The notes beneath the pieces are model-generated. The model made no database searches. It was not told the DNA's origin and was given only the letters and a program-made list of their open reading frames with translations. A program made the position numbers and the translations under genes. From Rubripirellula sp. (lineage in GTDB: Bacteria; Planctomycetota; Planctomycetia; Pirellulales; Pirellulaceae), in the NCBI GenBank assembly GCA_965216875.1, contig OZ244207.1, positions 3,584,001 through 3,648,000 on the forward strand: a DNA stretch of 64,000 nucleotides, in the 5' to 3' direction. This document shows, one piece after another, positions 11,010-19,268 of the stretch; position 1 is the stretch's first letter; the number at the start of each line of letters is the position of its first letter.

Positions 11010-11759
11010 ATGTCCCACCGCATCATCCTTGCAGCACTATTGGTTGGATTTGTCGCGAGCCACGCTGACGCCCAAAACCGTTTCCACCGCCGCCGCGGAG
11101 CGATCTTTGGTGGCCTGGCCGGCGCCGCCGTTGGCGCAGCGATCGGCGACAAGGGAGACAACGAAACAGCCGGCGCATTGATCGGCGGAGCCGTTGGGGC
11201 CATTGCTGGCGGTGCCATCGGCGATCAAAAAGATCGTCGCATCGAAGAGCGGCACCACCACGCCTATCAAACTCACAAATACCAACAGCAATTGCATCAC
11301 ACGCAAGCGCAGGCCGATTGGCAAGCACAGCAGTTTGCTGCAGAACTCGAACGGGCCGAACAAGCACAAGCCCAACAAGCTCAAGCCGCTCGCGCGCTTT
11401 CCAATGCGGACGTCATTGATTTGGTCCGTCGCGGTGTCGCCGAATCAACCATCGTGCAGTACATCAAGATCAATGGTGTGGCGCGTCAATTGGGCGTTCG
11501 CGACATCATCAGCCTGCACGAACAGGGTATCTCCGAATCGATTATCAACGCCATGCAAACGGCGCCGGTCGCTCAACAACCCGCAATCTTTGACGAAACG
11601 CCTCACCGATCGGGTGCTCCCGTCTTGGCGCCGCCGGTCACCTCGGCCGCGCCAGAAGTGATCTACGACGACTCGAGCATCGGCGTGAAAACGGTCAAGC
11701 CACCACGCAATCTGCCGCCGCTGGTTGACCCCACCAAGCCCTACGTGTTCCCACAGTAG
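11010..11759 (+). CDS. Secreted glycine-zipper domain protein
   Basis: Signal peptide; GAIFGGLAGAAVGAAIG...GALIGGAVGAIAGGAIG; C-terminal 'DVIDLVRRGVAE..IV' repeats; SD GAGGTG. Confidence 0.8.
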   Translation: MSHRIILAALLVGFVASHADAQNRFHRRRGAIFGGLAGAAVGAAIGDKGDNETAGALIGGAVGAIAGGAIGDQKDRRIEERHHHAYQTHKYQQQLHHTQAQADWQAQQFAAELERAEQAQAQQAQAARALSNADVIDLVRRGVAESTIVQYIKINGVARQLGVRDIISLHEQGISESIINAMQTAPVAQQPAIFDETPHRSGAPVLAPPVTSAAPEVIYDDSSIGVKTVKPPRNLPPLVDPTKPYVFPQ

Positions 11760-11769
11760 GATTGAGCCC

Positions 11770-11830
11770 GTTCGTAGTACCGAGCTTTAGCCGGAATCTT
11801 CAGCCCCCGCCGCCCAAAGGCGGGGCGAAC
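11770..11830. repeat. REP-like family B (GTTCGTAGTACCGAGCTTTAGCCGG...CCGCC..AAGGCGGG..CGAAC)
   Basis: Near-identical copies at 19167, 23960, 24088, 43958 and 52917; palindromic arms. Confidence 0.85.
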
Positions 11831-11885
11831 GGACACTCGATCATGCCGGATCTGCATCGCTGTCGCTTCTTGATCCGGCCTACCT

Positions 11886-13265
11886 TCACGCCAGGATCTC
11901 ATTCACGACACGACCACTGACATCGGTCAAACGAAAGTCGCGCCCGGCGTAGCGGTAGGTCAGTTTTTCGTGGTCGATTCCCAGCAAGTGCAAAATCGTG
12001 GCATGCAAATCATGCATGTGCACGCGGTCGCGTCGGGCATAGTATCCGTAATCGTCGGTTTCGCCATGAGTGATGCCGCCCTTGAGTCCACCGCCTCCCA
12101 AGACCATCGAGAAACCTTGTGGGTTGTGGTCGCGTCCGTTCGATCCTTGCACGACGGGCGTGCGACCGAATTCGCCTCCCCACACAATCAACGTGTCTTC
12201 CCAAAGGCCGCGTTGTTGCAAGTCTTGGATCAGCGCGCCGACCGGTTGGTCGGTCGCGAGTGCATTCTTGTTGTGCCCTGATTCAAGGTTGCCATGTTGG
12301 TCCCACACCTGTCCACTGCTGACGGTGATGAACCGCACGCCAGCTTCGGCCAAGCGGCGTGCGAGCAGGCAACCGCGGCCATACGAATCCGTTGCCTTCT
12401 GGCCGATCCCGTACAACGAGTGCGTCGCCTCAGTCTCCTGATCAAGATCGAAAATCTCGGGAGCGGCCAATCGCATCCGCGAGGCAAGGTCAACCGCTTC
12501 GATCGCTCCTTCGATTTCACGATCGGGGCCCGTTGCCTCGAGGTGTCTCTGGTTCAGTTGCTGGACTAGCGAAAACCGACGCTCGATTCGGTCAGCGTCG
12601 ACCGGCCCATCAAGGTTGGCAATCTTTCCATCGCCGAACCTCCCATTGCTGCCGATCACCGTCGCTTGATGCGCGGCCGGCAGAAACGCGGCGCCGTAGT
12701 TTCGTGGTCCTCCGTGGGCAGTCGCCGGTCCAATTGCCACATGAGCTGGCAGGTCGGGGTGACCACTTCCCAATGCGTAGCTAATCCAAGCCCCAACGCT
12801 GGGGCGAACCAAGTTATCGCTACCCGTGTTGACCATGCCAACCGCTTGGCCGTGCGATTGGCCTTTGGTGTGCATGCTGCGAATCACGGTAAGAGAATCG
12901 GCCTGCTCGGCCATGTGCGGCAAGAGATCGCTCACCCACATTCCTGATTCACCGCGCTGCTTGAACTTCCAAGGACCGTTCATCAACTTCGGGACGGCGT
13001 CGATGTTGGGCGGAAGTGCAAACGGTAGCGGTTTGCCGTCATCCCGTTTCAGCAGCGGCTTGTAGTCGAACGTGTCAACATGACTGGGGCCACCATGCAT
13101 GAACAGGAAGATCACCCGCTTAACGCGGGGCTTCACGTGAAAGCCATCAATCGTAGGCGCGCCAAATAGCGACCTTGTCGGGGCCATCGCCGAAACAGCA
13201 AGTGAACCGAGCGTAAAGCTACTGACAGAGCCAAACTGGCGGCGGGTAACTTGCGTGCGTTTCAT
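11886..13265 (-). CDS. DUF1501 domain protein (planctomycete, Tat-exported)
   Basis: TRRQF Tat motif, [52 protein letters not shown]. Confidence 0.9.
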   Translation of the reverse strand: MKRTQVTRRQFGSVSSFTLGSLAVSAMAPTRSLFGAPTIDGFHVKPRVKRVIFLFMHGGPSHVDTFDYKPLLKRDDGKPLPFALPPNIDAVPKLMNGPWKFKQRGESGMWVSDLLPHMAEQADSLTVIRSMHTKGQSHGQAVGMVNTGSDNLVRPSVGAWISYALGSGHPDLPAHVAIGPATAHGGPRNYGAAFLPAAHQATVIGSNGRFGDGKIANLDGPVDADRIERRFSLVQQLNQRHLEATGPDREIEGAIEAVDLASRMRLAAPEIFDLDQETEATHSLYGIGQKATDSYGRGCLLARRLAEAGVRFITVSSGQVWDQHGNLESGHNKNALATDQPVGALIQDLQQRGLWEDTLIVWGGEFGRTPVVQGSNGRDHNPQGFSMVLGGGGLKGGITHGETDDYGYYARRDRVHMHDLHATILHLLGIDHEKLTYRYAGRDFRLTDVSGRVVNEILA

Positions 13266-13333
13266 GGACTGGGCCTGAAGGTGTGGGCGCTAGATACTTG
13301 GTTGATGTGCGAGGGTGTGAACTCAAGAAACAC

Positions 13334-16207
13334 TTACTCGAGTAAACGGAATTCGGTGCTGGCGATCATCGCCGCCACATACTCATGCCAGGCATCCAAT
13401 GAGTCTTGTCCGCCCTTGGACGCCTCGAAAAACTTCATCGCGATCTCGATATCTCCCGCCGTTGGCTGACGATGAAACAATGTGACATAGGCGTGGCGCA
13501 GCCGATCATCGAAATGCGCTGCGTTGGACATCACATCACTCGCCGCCTGCTTGGCCCATTCATTGACCACGGGACTGTTCACAAGGGCCAAAGCTTGAGC
13601 AGGCACATTGGTGGTCGGTCGTCTGCCAACCAACAAGTCGGGTTCGGCCGCGTCAAGGTTCTTCATCAGCGACGGCACGTAGCCGCGGACAACCGGCAAG
13701 TAGACCGAACGACACGGCTCGCCAACGCCCTTGAATTTAGCCTTGCTATCGGCGTTATTACTCGACACCAATGTCCCGCGCCCCTTCATCGGTTCGAACC
13801 GAGGCTGACGATCAAGTTGGCCAGCCGCGACAAGCATCGAATCGCGAATCGATTCGGCTGGAAGTCGACGTCGATGGGCACGCCAAACAAGACGGTTCTC
13901 TGGATCAATCTCGCTGGCGGTTGCGTTGTATTCCGACGACCTCTGGTAAGCTGCTGAGAGCACGATTTTGCGAACCAAGCTCTTTGTTCGCCAACCGTTG
14001 CGAACAAAGTCGGTCGCTAACGCATCGAGCATCTCGGGATGCGAAGGACGGTCACCCTGGATACCAAAGTTATCGACGGTGCGAACCAAACCTTCGCCCA
14101 TCAAATGCATCCAAACGCGGTTAACGTAAACGCGCGCCACAACGGGGTTGTCCGGATCGGTTAACCAATCGGCAAGCTCCACCCGGCCGCTGCCAGTTGG
14201 GTTGGCGATCGAGACGTCACCACTTCCACAGACTTGCAAGAACCCTCGCGGCACGACCTCACCAAGGTTCTTCACTTCGCCGCGAATATGCACCGGTGAG
14301 TCGGAAATGGAAGCACTCGAACGGTCCGACGGCGCCATCGCTTCGGGAAGCGGCGGCGGAGCGTTCTTTTTCAATCGATCCAGATCGGATTTGAGCGAAG
14401 CAACCGTTTCCTCGGCCTTGTCGATCGCGCGTTGATTGGCGGCAACCTGTTTGGCATTTTCCTTGGACGATGAATCTGAATCCGAATCGAGCGGCAAGAA
14501 CTGAACGGCATCCGCAATCACATAGCCACTGGTCCCTTCGTTTCGCAAAGTGACCGCGACCTCGCGATCCGCGTCAAATTCAAACTCGCCGATCGGTGAC
14601 CACATCGGTTGAATGCGAACCTTACGCATATCGACTGTCAGCTCAATGGTTTCTTCACCATTGCTGATCGTGACCGGGACAGCCTTTGCACGATTGGACC
14701 CGGGCGAATGCGAAAGCCGAACCTCGTAGCGTCCTGTCGCGGGTAATTTGGTGGTGAACGTAATCGACGCGTCACCTTTGCCGCTATTGTTGTCGTGAAT
14801 GTAGCCGACGCCGAAAAAGCTCTTGTAGATCGTCGACGCTTTCCAATAGCCCTTCTTCTCGGCCTCGGAATCATCGACCACGATGCCTTCGTAGCTTCCC
14901 GATTGTTTTTCCTTGACCGCCTTCAAGTTCGTTTCGGCTTGCTTGATTTCCTCTTGCAACCTTTTCATCGCGTCACGATGTTCTTTGACCTGTGCGACGT
15001 GCGCAGCGGTGGTTGGCAACTTCACACGATTCCAAGTGCTAACGTACTTCTGACTCTCGCCATTGAGTGTCATGGTGCTGCGAAAGATGCCCGCCAATGC
15101 GTAATAGTCTTCGGTCGGAATGGGATCGAACTTGTGGTCATGACATCGTGCACAACCGAGCGTCAATCCAAGGAAGGCTCGTCCGACCGTGTCGATCTGT
15201 TCGTCGACAACATCAAGCACAAGCTTTGGTTTGTCCCGTTCGCTGAGCATTTTTGTGCCGAGCATCAAGAAGGTGCTGGCGACAATGTTGTCGTGACGTT
15301 GTGCATCGTTCGAAAAGGGGAGTTGATCGCCCGCAATCTGCTGGCGAATCATCTGGTCAAACGGGGTATCTGCCGCAAAGGCGCGAATCAGATAGTCACG
15401 ATAACGCCACGCTTCGTGGTGGGTCGCATTGAAGTCGGCACCATTGCTGTCGGCATAGCGTGCGACGTCCATCCAATGGCGAGCCCAATGTTCGCCAAAG
15501 CCGGGAGTCGCGAGGAGTTGATCCACGATCCGGCGCCAATGTCGCGGCGAGGGATCGGACAACCACTGCTGGACCAGATTCGGATCGGGCGGCAGGCCAG
15601 TCAGGTCGTAGGCGAGACGACGAAGTCTCGCAGCCGGGGGCGCGGGACCATTGGCAACCACGCCGCTGGCATCAAGCTTGTCCGACAAGAACTGATCAAT
15701 CACGCCTCGCGATTCACGCGACGCATGCTTCGGGACGGAGTGAAAACCGACCGGTTGGAATGCCCAAAATTCACGGCCAGCCTCGATGTCGATTTGTGAT
15801 GCCATCGACGGCGGCCGCACCGTGCCGCGCCGCGGGTCGACCGCGCCCGCGTCGATCCACTTCTGAAAGTCGTCGATCACATGGTCAGGCAATTTGCCTT
15901 CCGGCGGCATTTCGGTCGATTCATAGCGAATCGCCGAGATGAGAACGCTTGCCTCGGCATCCCCTTTGACCAGCGACGGACCACTGTCACCACCGCTCAT
16001 CATGCCATCGGACGAATCAAGTAACAGCGATCCGCCAATTTCGTCGGCGTCAGACGAATGGCATTGGTAGCAATGTTCGACCAGCACCGGGCGAATGCGG
16101 TTTTCAAAGAATGCAACCGAACCGGGTTCGTCCGCAAAGCAACCGCGGCCAGAATCCAGGAGAGGGCAGAATAGGAAAAAGAGAAGGAGCAGCCGAATCG
16201 TTCGCAC
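13334..16207 (-). CDS. PSD1/planctomycete cytochrome c protein (PSCyt1-DUF1549-DUF1553) with inserted golvesin/xanthan-lyase-C-like domain
   Basis: FFENRIRPVLVEHCYQCH, LGCARCHDHKFDPIP, ARVYVNRVWMHLMG, PSHPEMLDALA. Start placed at GTG 16207; the ORF extends to 16288. Confidence 0.9.
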   Translation of the reverse strand: MRTIRLLLLFFLFCPLLDSGRGCFADEPGSVAFFENRIRPVLVEHCYQCHSSDADEIGGSLLLDSSDGMMSGGDSGPSLVKGDAEASVLISAIRYESTEMPPEGKLPDHVIDDFQKWIDAGAVDPRRGTVRPPSMASQIDIEAGREFWAFQPVGFHSVPKHASRESRGVIDQFLSDKLDASGVVANGPAPPAARLRRLAYDLTGLPPDPNLVQQWLSDPSPRHWRRIVDQLLATPGFGEHWARHWMDVARYADSNGADFNATHHEAWRYRDYLIRAFAADTPFDQMIRQQIAGDQLPFSNDAQRHDNIVASTFLMLGTKMLSERDKPKLVLDVVDEQIDTVGRAFLGLTLGCARCHDHKFDPIPTEDYYALAGIFRSTMTLNGESQKYVSTWNRVKLPTTAAHVAQVKEHRDAMKRLQEEIKQAETNLKAVKEKQSGSYEGIVVDDSEAEKKGYWKASTIYKSFFGVGYIHDNNSGKGDASITFTTKLPATGRYEVRLSHSPGSNRAKAVPVTISNGEETIELTVDMRKVRIQPMWSPIGEFEFDADREVAVTLRNEGTSGYVIADAVQFLPLDSDSDSSSKENAKQVAANQRAIDKAEETVASLKSDLDRLKKNAPPPLPEAMAPSDRSSASISDSPVHIRGEVKNLGEVVPRGFLQVCGSGDVSIANPTGSGRVELADWLTDPDNPVVARVYVNRVWMHLMGEGLVRTVDNFGIQGDRPSHPEMLDALATDFVRNGWRTKSLVRKIVLSAAYQRSSEYNATASEIDPENRLVWRAHRRRLPAESIRDSMLVAAGQLDRQPRFEPMKGRGTLVSSNNADSKAKFKGVGEPCRSVYLPVVRGYVPSLMKNLDAAEPDLLVGRRPTTNVPAQALALVNSPVVNEWAKQAASDVMSNAAHFDDRLRHAYVTLFHRQPTAGDIEIAMKFFEASKGGQDSLDAWHEYVAAMIASTEFRLLE

Positions 16208-16360
16208 GAGCAAATCCGGGGCTGAGTGTGGTGGGTAGGTGGGAGGCGGGGCCTCTATCCTAACACAGCGGAACGCCCAACGCCGCAAACTTTAGGGCGA
16301 CAAGGCGTTGGATTGGACATCGATTCAACGAAATCGATCGAAAAAAGCACCCGTTCTCAC

Positions 16361-16384
16361 GTAGGGTGCGTGCTTGCACGCACC
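16361..16384 (+). repeat. Single GTAG-type REP, family A (GTAGGGTGCGTGCTTGCACGCACC)
   Basis: GTAG tetranucleotide plus a 9-bp palindrome; identical to the copies at 16474 and 17677. Confidence 0.85.
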
Positions 16385-16439
16385 ACTCAATCTAGAAGCA
16401 GCACCCCAGCGAACAGCCCGCAACTGAAGTGCTTGAGCG

Positions 16440-16562
16440 CTACTTTCGACGGAGCGAAAGGCGACGATGGCCCGTAGGGTGCGTGCTTGCACGCACCAAG
16501 ATCGAGGGCATCGGGATTGCGTTAGGGGTGGTGCGTGCGAGCACACACCCTACGTCGTCTAG
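16440..16562 (+). repeat. 123-bp direct repeat, left copy (CTACTTTCGACGGAGCGAAAGGCGAC + inverted family A REP pair)
   Basis: Aligns without gaps to 17643-17765 with 5 mismatches by manual comparison. Confidence 0.95.
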
Positions 16563-16591
16563 ATAGTGCCGAGGCCCCGGTGCGTCTCGAT

Positions 16592-16620
16592 TTGGAATTG
16601 GTGACCTTAGGCGATAAGAT
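16592..16620 (+). promoter_or_regulatory. Candidate sigma70 promoter of the repeat-flanked gene
   Basis: TTGGAA-N17-TAAGAT, followed by SD GAGGAAGGTG before ATG 16658. Confidence 0.5.
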
Positions 16621-16657
16621 CGCTCAATCACTGGATAGAAGCCGAGGAAGGTGATCG

Positions 16658-17680
16658 ATGAAGCGACTGCTGAGTGTAACTGCCGTGCTCTGCTTGATGA
16701 CTTCGGTGGGAATGAGCGACGACGATCGAGCCAAAGATCACGTCTTTGATTCGATCGACCAAATGCTGAGCGAACGCCAAACGATGAACAAGAAGTTCGC
16801 AGCCGTTTACCGGGGCGAGCTCATTCGCTTTGGTGATCGACCAGCGACCATGGCTCTCGTTTTCTATGCCCGCGCGGTGGACGCGAAACGCAAGTTGGAC
16901 CTTCAGGCATCATTCAATCCGGTCCCCAGCCCCAATGGGGATATCGAATCGGGGATTGAATATGTGCGCGAGGGAACGACGTGGAAAGCACGCCGAAGCG
17001 GAGAGCTCTTTGTGCACCCCTATTCTCTCAAGCCCAAAGGGGCTTCTGTCAAAGGCTGGGAGGAAGGATTCCATTCTGCCAATGTGATTGACCCCTATGA
17101 CGACTTCATGCTTGGCTACACCGGTCTCGAGGGCCCGTCGGACTACCAGGGTATTGAAATGCTTTACCTGGGCCGAGCACGTCTGATCGACGCGAAACGC
17201 GGATTGGCGAACCGACTTGTTTCGCGCTGGGACGTTCCCAATCCGCTGGGAAAGATGATCACGACCGTCGAGCAGAGTCCCAAGCATGGCATGCCACTTC
17301 GCGTGTCGACCAAGGTCCAAAACCGGAAAAACACGTTTTGGGACATGAAGATCGAGTGGCAAGACCACAAGGATCGGTGGTTGCCACACCGGATCAAAGC
17401 GTCAAAGGGCGATATCAACAATGGCCCCAAGAGGACCGAGCAAACCCTGCTCTGCCGTTGGCTGGTGGGGGACGAGGTGCCGGATGCTGTGTTCGAAAGC
17501 GACGACCATCTCGCCGCGTTATTCGAAGCTCTCAATCTTCCGAACAGTCTCGTTGTTGAGGGTGTGGTCGTGCGCGGCCAGTACACGCTTCCCAAGAATC
17601 TTATCGAGGATCGTGATCGAAGCCCAAGTAGACGCAAGCCCACTACTTTCGACGGAGCGAAACGCGACGATGGCCCGTAG
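16658..17680 (+). CDS. Secreted hypothetical protein (340 aa) between direct repeats
   Basis: Strong SD and signal peptide MKRLLSVTAVLCLMTSVG; no family recognised. The last 12 codons and the TAG lie in the right repeat. Confidence 0.75.
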   Translation: MKRLLSVTAVLCLMTSVGMSDDDRAKDHVFDSIDQMLSERQTMNKKFAAVYRGELIRFGDRPATMALVFYARAVDAKRKLDLQASFNPVPSPNGDIESGIEYVREGTTWKARRSGELFVHPYSLKPKGASVKGWEEGFHSANVIDPYDDFMLGYTGLEGPSDYQGIEMLYLGRARLIDAKRGLANRLVSRWDVPNPLGKMITTVEQSPKHGMPLRVSTKVQNRKNTFWDMKIEWQDHKDRWLPHRIKASKGDINNGPKRTEQTLLCRWLVGDEVPDAVFESDDHLAALFEALNLPNSLVVEGVVVRGQYTLPKNLIEDRDRSPSRRKPTTFDGAKRDDGP

Positions 17681-17765
17681 GGTGCGTGCTTGCACGCACC
17701 AAGATCAAGGGTATCGGGATTGCGTTAGGGGTGGTGCGTGCGAGCACACACCCAACGTCGTTTAG
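17643..17765 (+). repeat. 123-bp direct repeat, right copy
   Basis: Offset of 1203 nt from the left copy. Confidence 0.95.
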
Positions 17766-18427
17766 TAGTTGCTCGCGTGTGGCGGGCCTTCGACAACGCT
17801 TGGTCGGGCGCGGAAGATCTTTCGCGTGCGGCTGGGACGATACGGCGGCTCGGCGGGGCTGATTTCAACCACCTCTGCCGCTGGCGTTGGAACGGCACCG
17901 GTGTGCATGTAGTGGCCTCCGCAGGCATCACAGCCATCACACGATTCGACGCCACAGCCGACTTCGACACCACACCCGGCCTCAACGCCGCAACCTACTT
18001 CGACGCCGCAGCCCACTTCGACTTCGGTGCAGCAGCTATCACAGCCGGCGTCACAGCCTGAGCAACCAACGGTATCGCAGGTGTTGCAACCGGTGTCGCC
18101 GCAACGGTAGCCCCAGAGACTTGCTACGCCCGAAAAGACGGAGCGGCATTTGCCACAGGATTGGCCGTTGTAGTTACCGCATTGGTCGCATGGATCGCAA
18201 ATGTCGGCGCGATGGTTGATCCAAGGATCAACATACAGTTCGCCACACCCGCCGCATTCGCCGCAGGAATCGCATTCACCACATCCACCGCAAGCGGATG
18301 GCAACGCAATCGGCCCGCGAGGACCACAGGGGCCACATGACATTGGCCCGACGCAACCGGTCGCACAAATGATGGAAAGGGCAGCGATCGCAAGTGCTGC
18401 TTTGGGAATCAGGGAAACAGTCGCCAT
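17762..18427 (-). CDS. Cysteine-rich lipoprotein with CxxC and (EVGCGV)n repeats
   Basis: Lipobox ICATGC; about 30 Cys in 221 aa; Pro-rich tail; SD CAGGA. Confidence 0.8.
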   Translation of the reverse strand: MATVSLIPKAALAIAALSIICATGCVGPMSCGPCGPRGPIALPSACGGCGECDSCGECGGCGELYVDPWINHRADICDPCDQCGNYNGQSCGKCRSVFSGVASLWGYRCGDTGCNTCDTVGCSGCDAGCDSCCTEVEVGCGVEVGCGVEAGCGVEVGCGVESCDGCDACGGHYMHTGAVPTPAAEVVEISPAEPPYRPSRTRKIFRARPSVVEGPPHASNY

Positions 18428-18464
18428 GATTGGAATCCTGCGTTTGAATGGGTGGACACAATCG

Positions 18465-18492
18465 GTATCGGCGACCTAACCGGAAAAATTGA
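18465..18492 (-). promoter_or_regulatory. Possible sigma28-like promoter for the Cys-rich gene
   Basis: TCAA-N16-GCCGATAC on the minus strand, versus the FliA consensus TAAA-N15-GCCGATAA. Confidence 0.25.
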
Positions 18493-18760
18493 ATCGAATT
18501 ACATAATCGGAAAAGTTTCACAGCCAGAAGCTGGCTACCCCCGAAGGCCGGATCAAAGAGCGACAGCGACGCGGATCCGGCAAAATCCCTGTCCATGGGG
18601 CACCCCCACTTTCTGCCAAAACAGCGACGAATTTGCGAATCAGAAACGCGTGGACCTAACGTGTCAGTTGCCTCCTCGATGATCCTTCTGTCAGCCGAGA
18701 GCTGGCAAAACAAACCGGACATTCAAAGTTCCACATCATCCCAATCAAGGAGGATTTCCG

Positions 18761-19144
18761 ATGCCAAAGTTCTACGTCCAGTGTGGCCCCATTCACGTTG
18801 TGTTGCTTGCCGAGTCGGTCGAGAACGCTGCCATGGCAGGTCTCGATCGGTCACTTCAAAACCATCTCTGGATCTATGATGACCCACGTCTGAGCGAGCA
18901 AGATTGCCAAGATCATTTGATGATCGAAGCTCTGCTGCACCTCGAACCGACTGTACGCGTCAGTGAAATTGGCTTCGACCGCAAGGATGCATCCCAGGTG
19001 AACGTCCCCGAGCTGATCGTTCGCTGGCATGAAATGATGGTCGGGATGAACCAGCTTTTCGCGCTCGCCGGATTAGGGCCGCGGTCGATGCAAAGCCTCG
19101 AAGAAGAGCGTGAACCGATGCCGCAACCTCGACAACCTCGTTAG
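18761..19144 (+). CDS. Hypothetical protein (127 aa)
   Basis: Strong SD AAGGAGG before ATG; fills the gap between genes. Confidence 0.75.
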   Translation: MPKFYVQCGPIHVVLLAESVENAAMAGLDRSLQNHLWIYDDPRLSEQDCQDHLMIEALLHLEPTVRVSEIGFDRKDASQVNVPELIVRWHEMMVGMNQLFALAGLGPRSMQSLEEEREPMPQPRQPR

Positions 19145-19166
19145 GCCACTCCGTGTGGTCAACGCC

Positions 19167-19236
19167 GTTCGTAGTCCCGCCATTGGGCGGATTATGGGAA
19201 GCGAGAAGATTCCGGCCAAAGCTCGGCACCACGAAC
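19167..19236. repeat. REP-like family B copy (inverted orientation)
   Basis: GTTCGTAGTCCCGCC...AAGATTCCGGCCAAAGCTCGGCACCACGAAC between convergent genes. Confidence 0.8.
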
Positions 19237-19268
19237 TGCCGGCTTGAAAAAACACAGGCTCGCCGCAT

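Noticed and set aside
16440..17765. Integron cassette with attC sites, or composite transposon
   Set aside because: I found no properly spaced RYYYAAC...GTTRRRY box pair around the repeats, and no integrase or transposase in the window. The repeats are REP-like instead.
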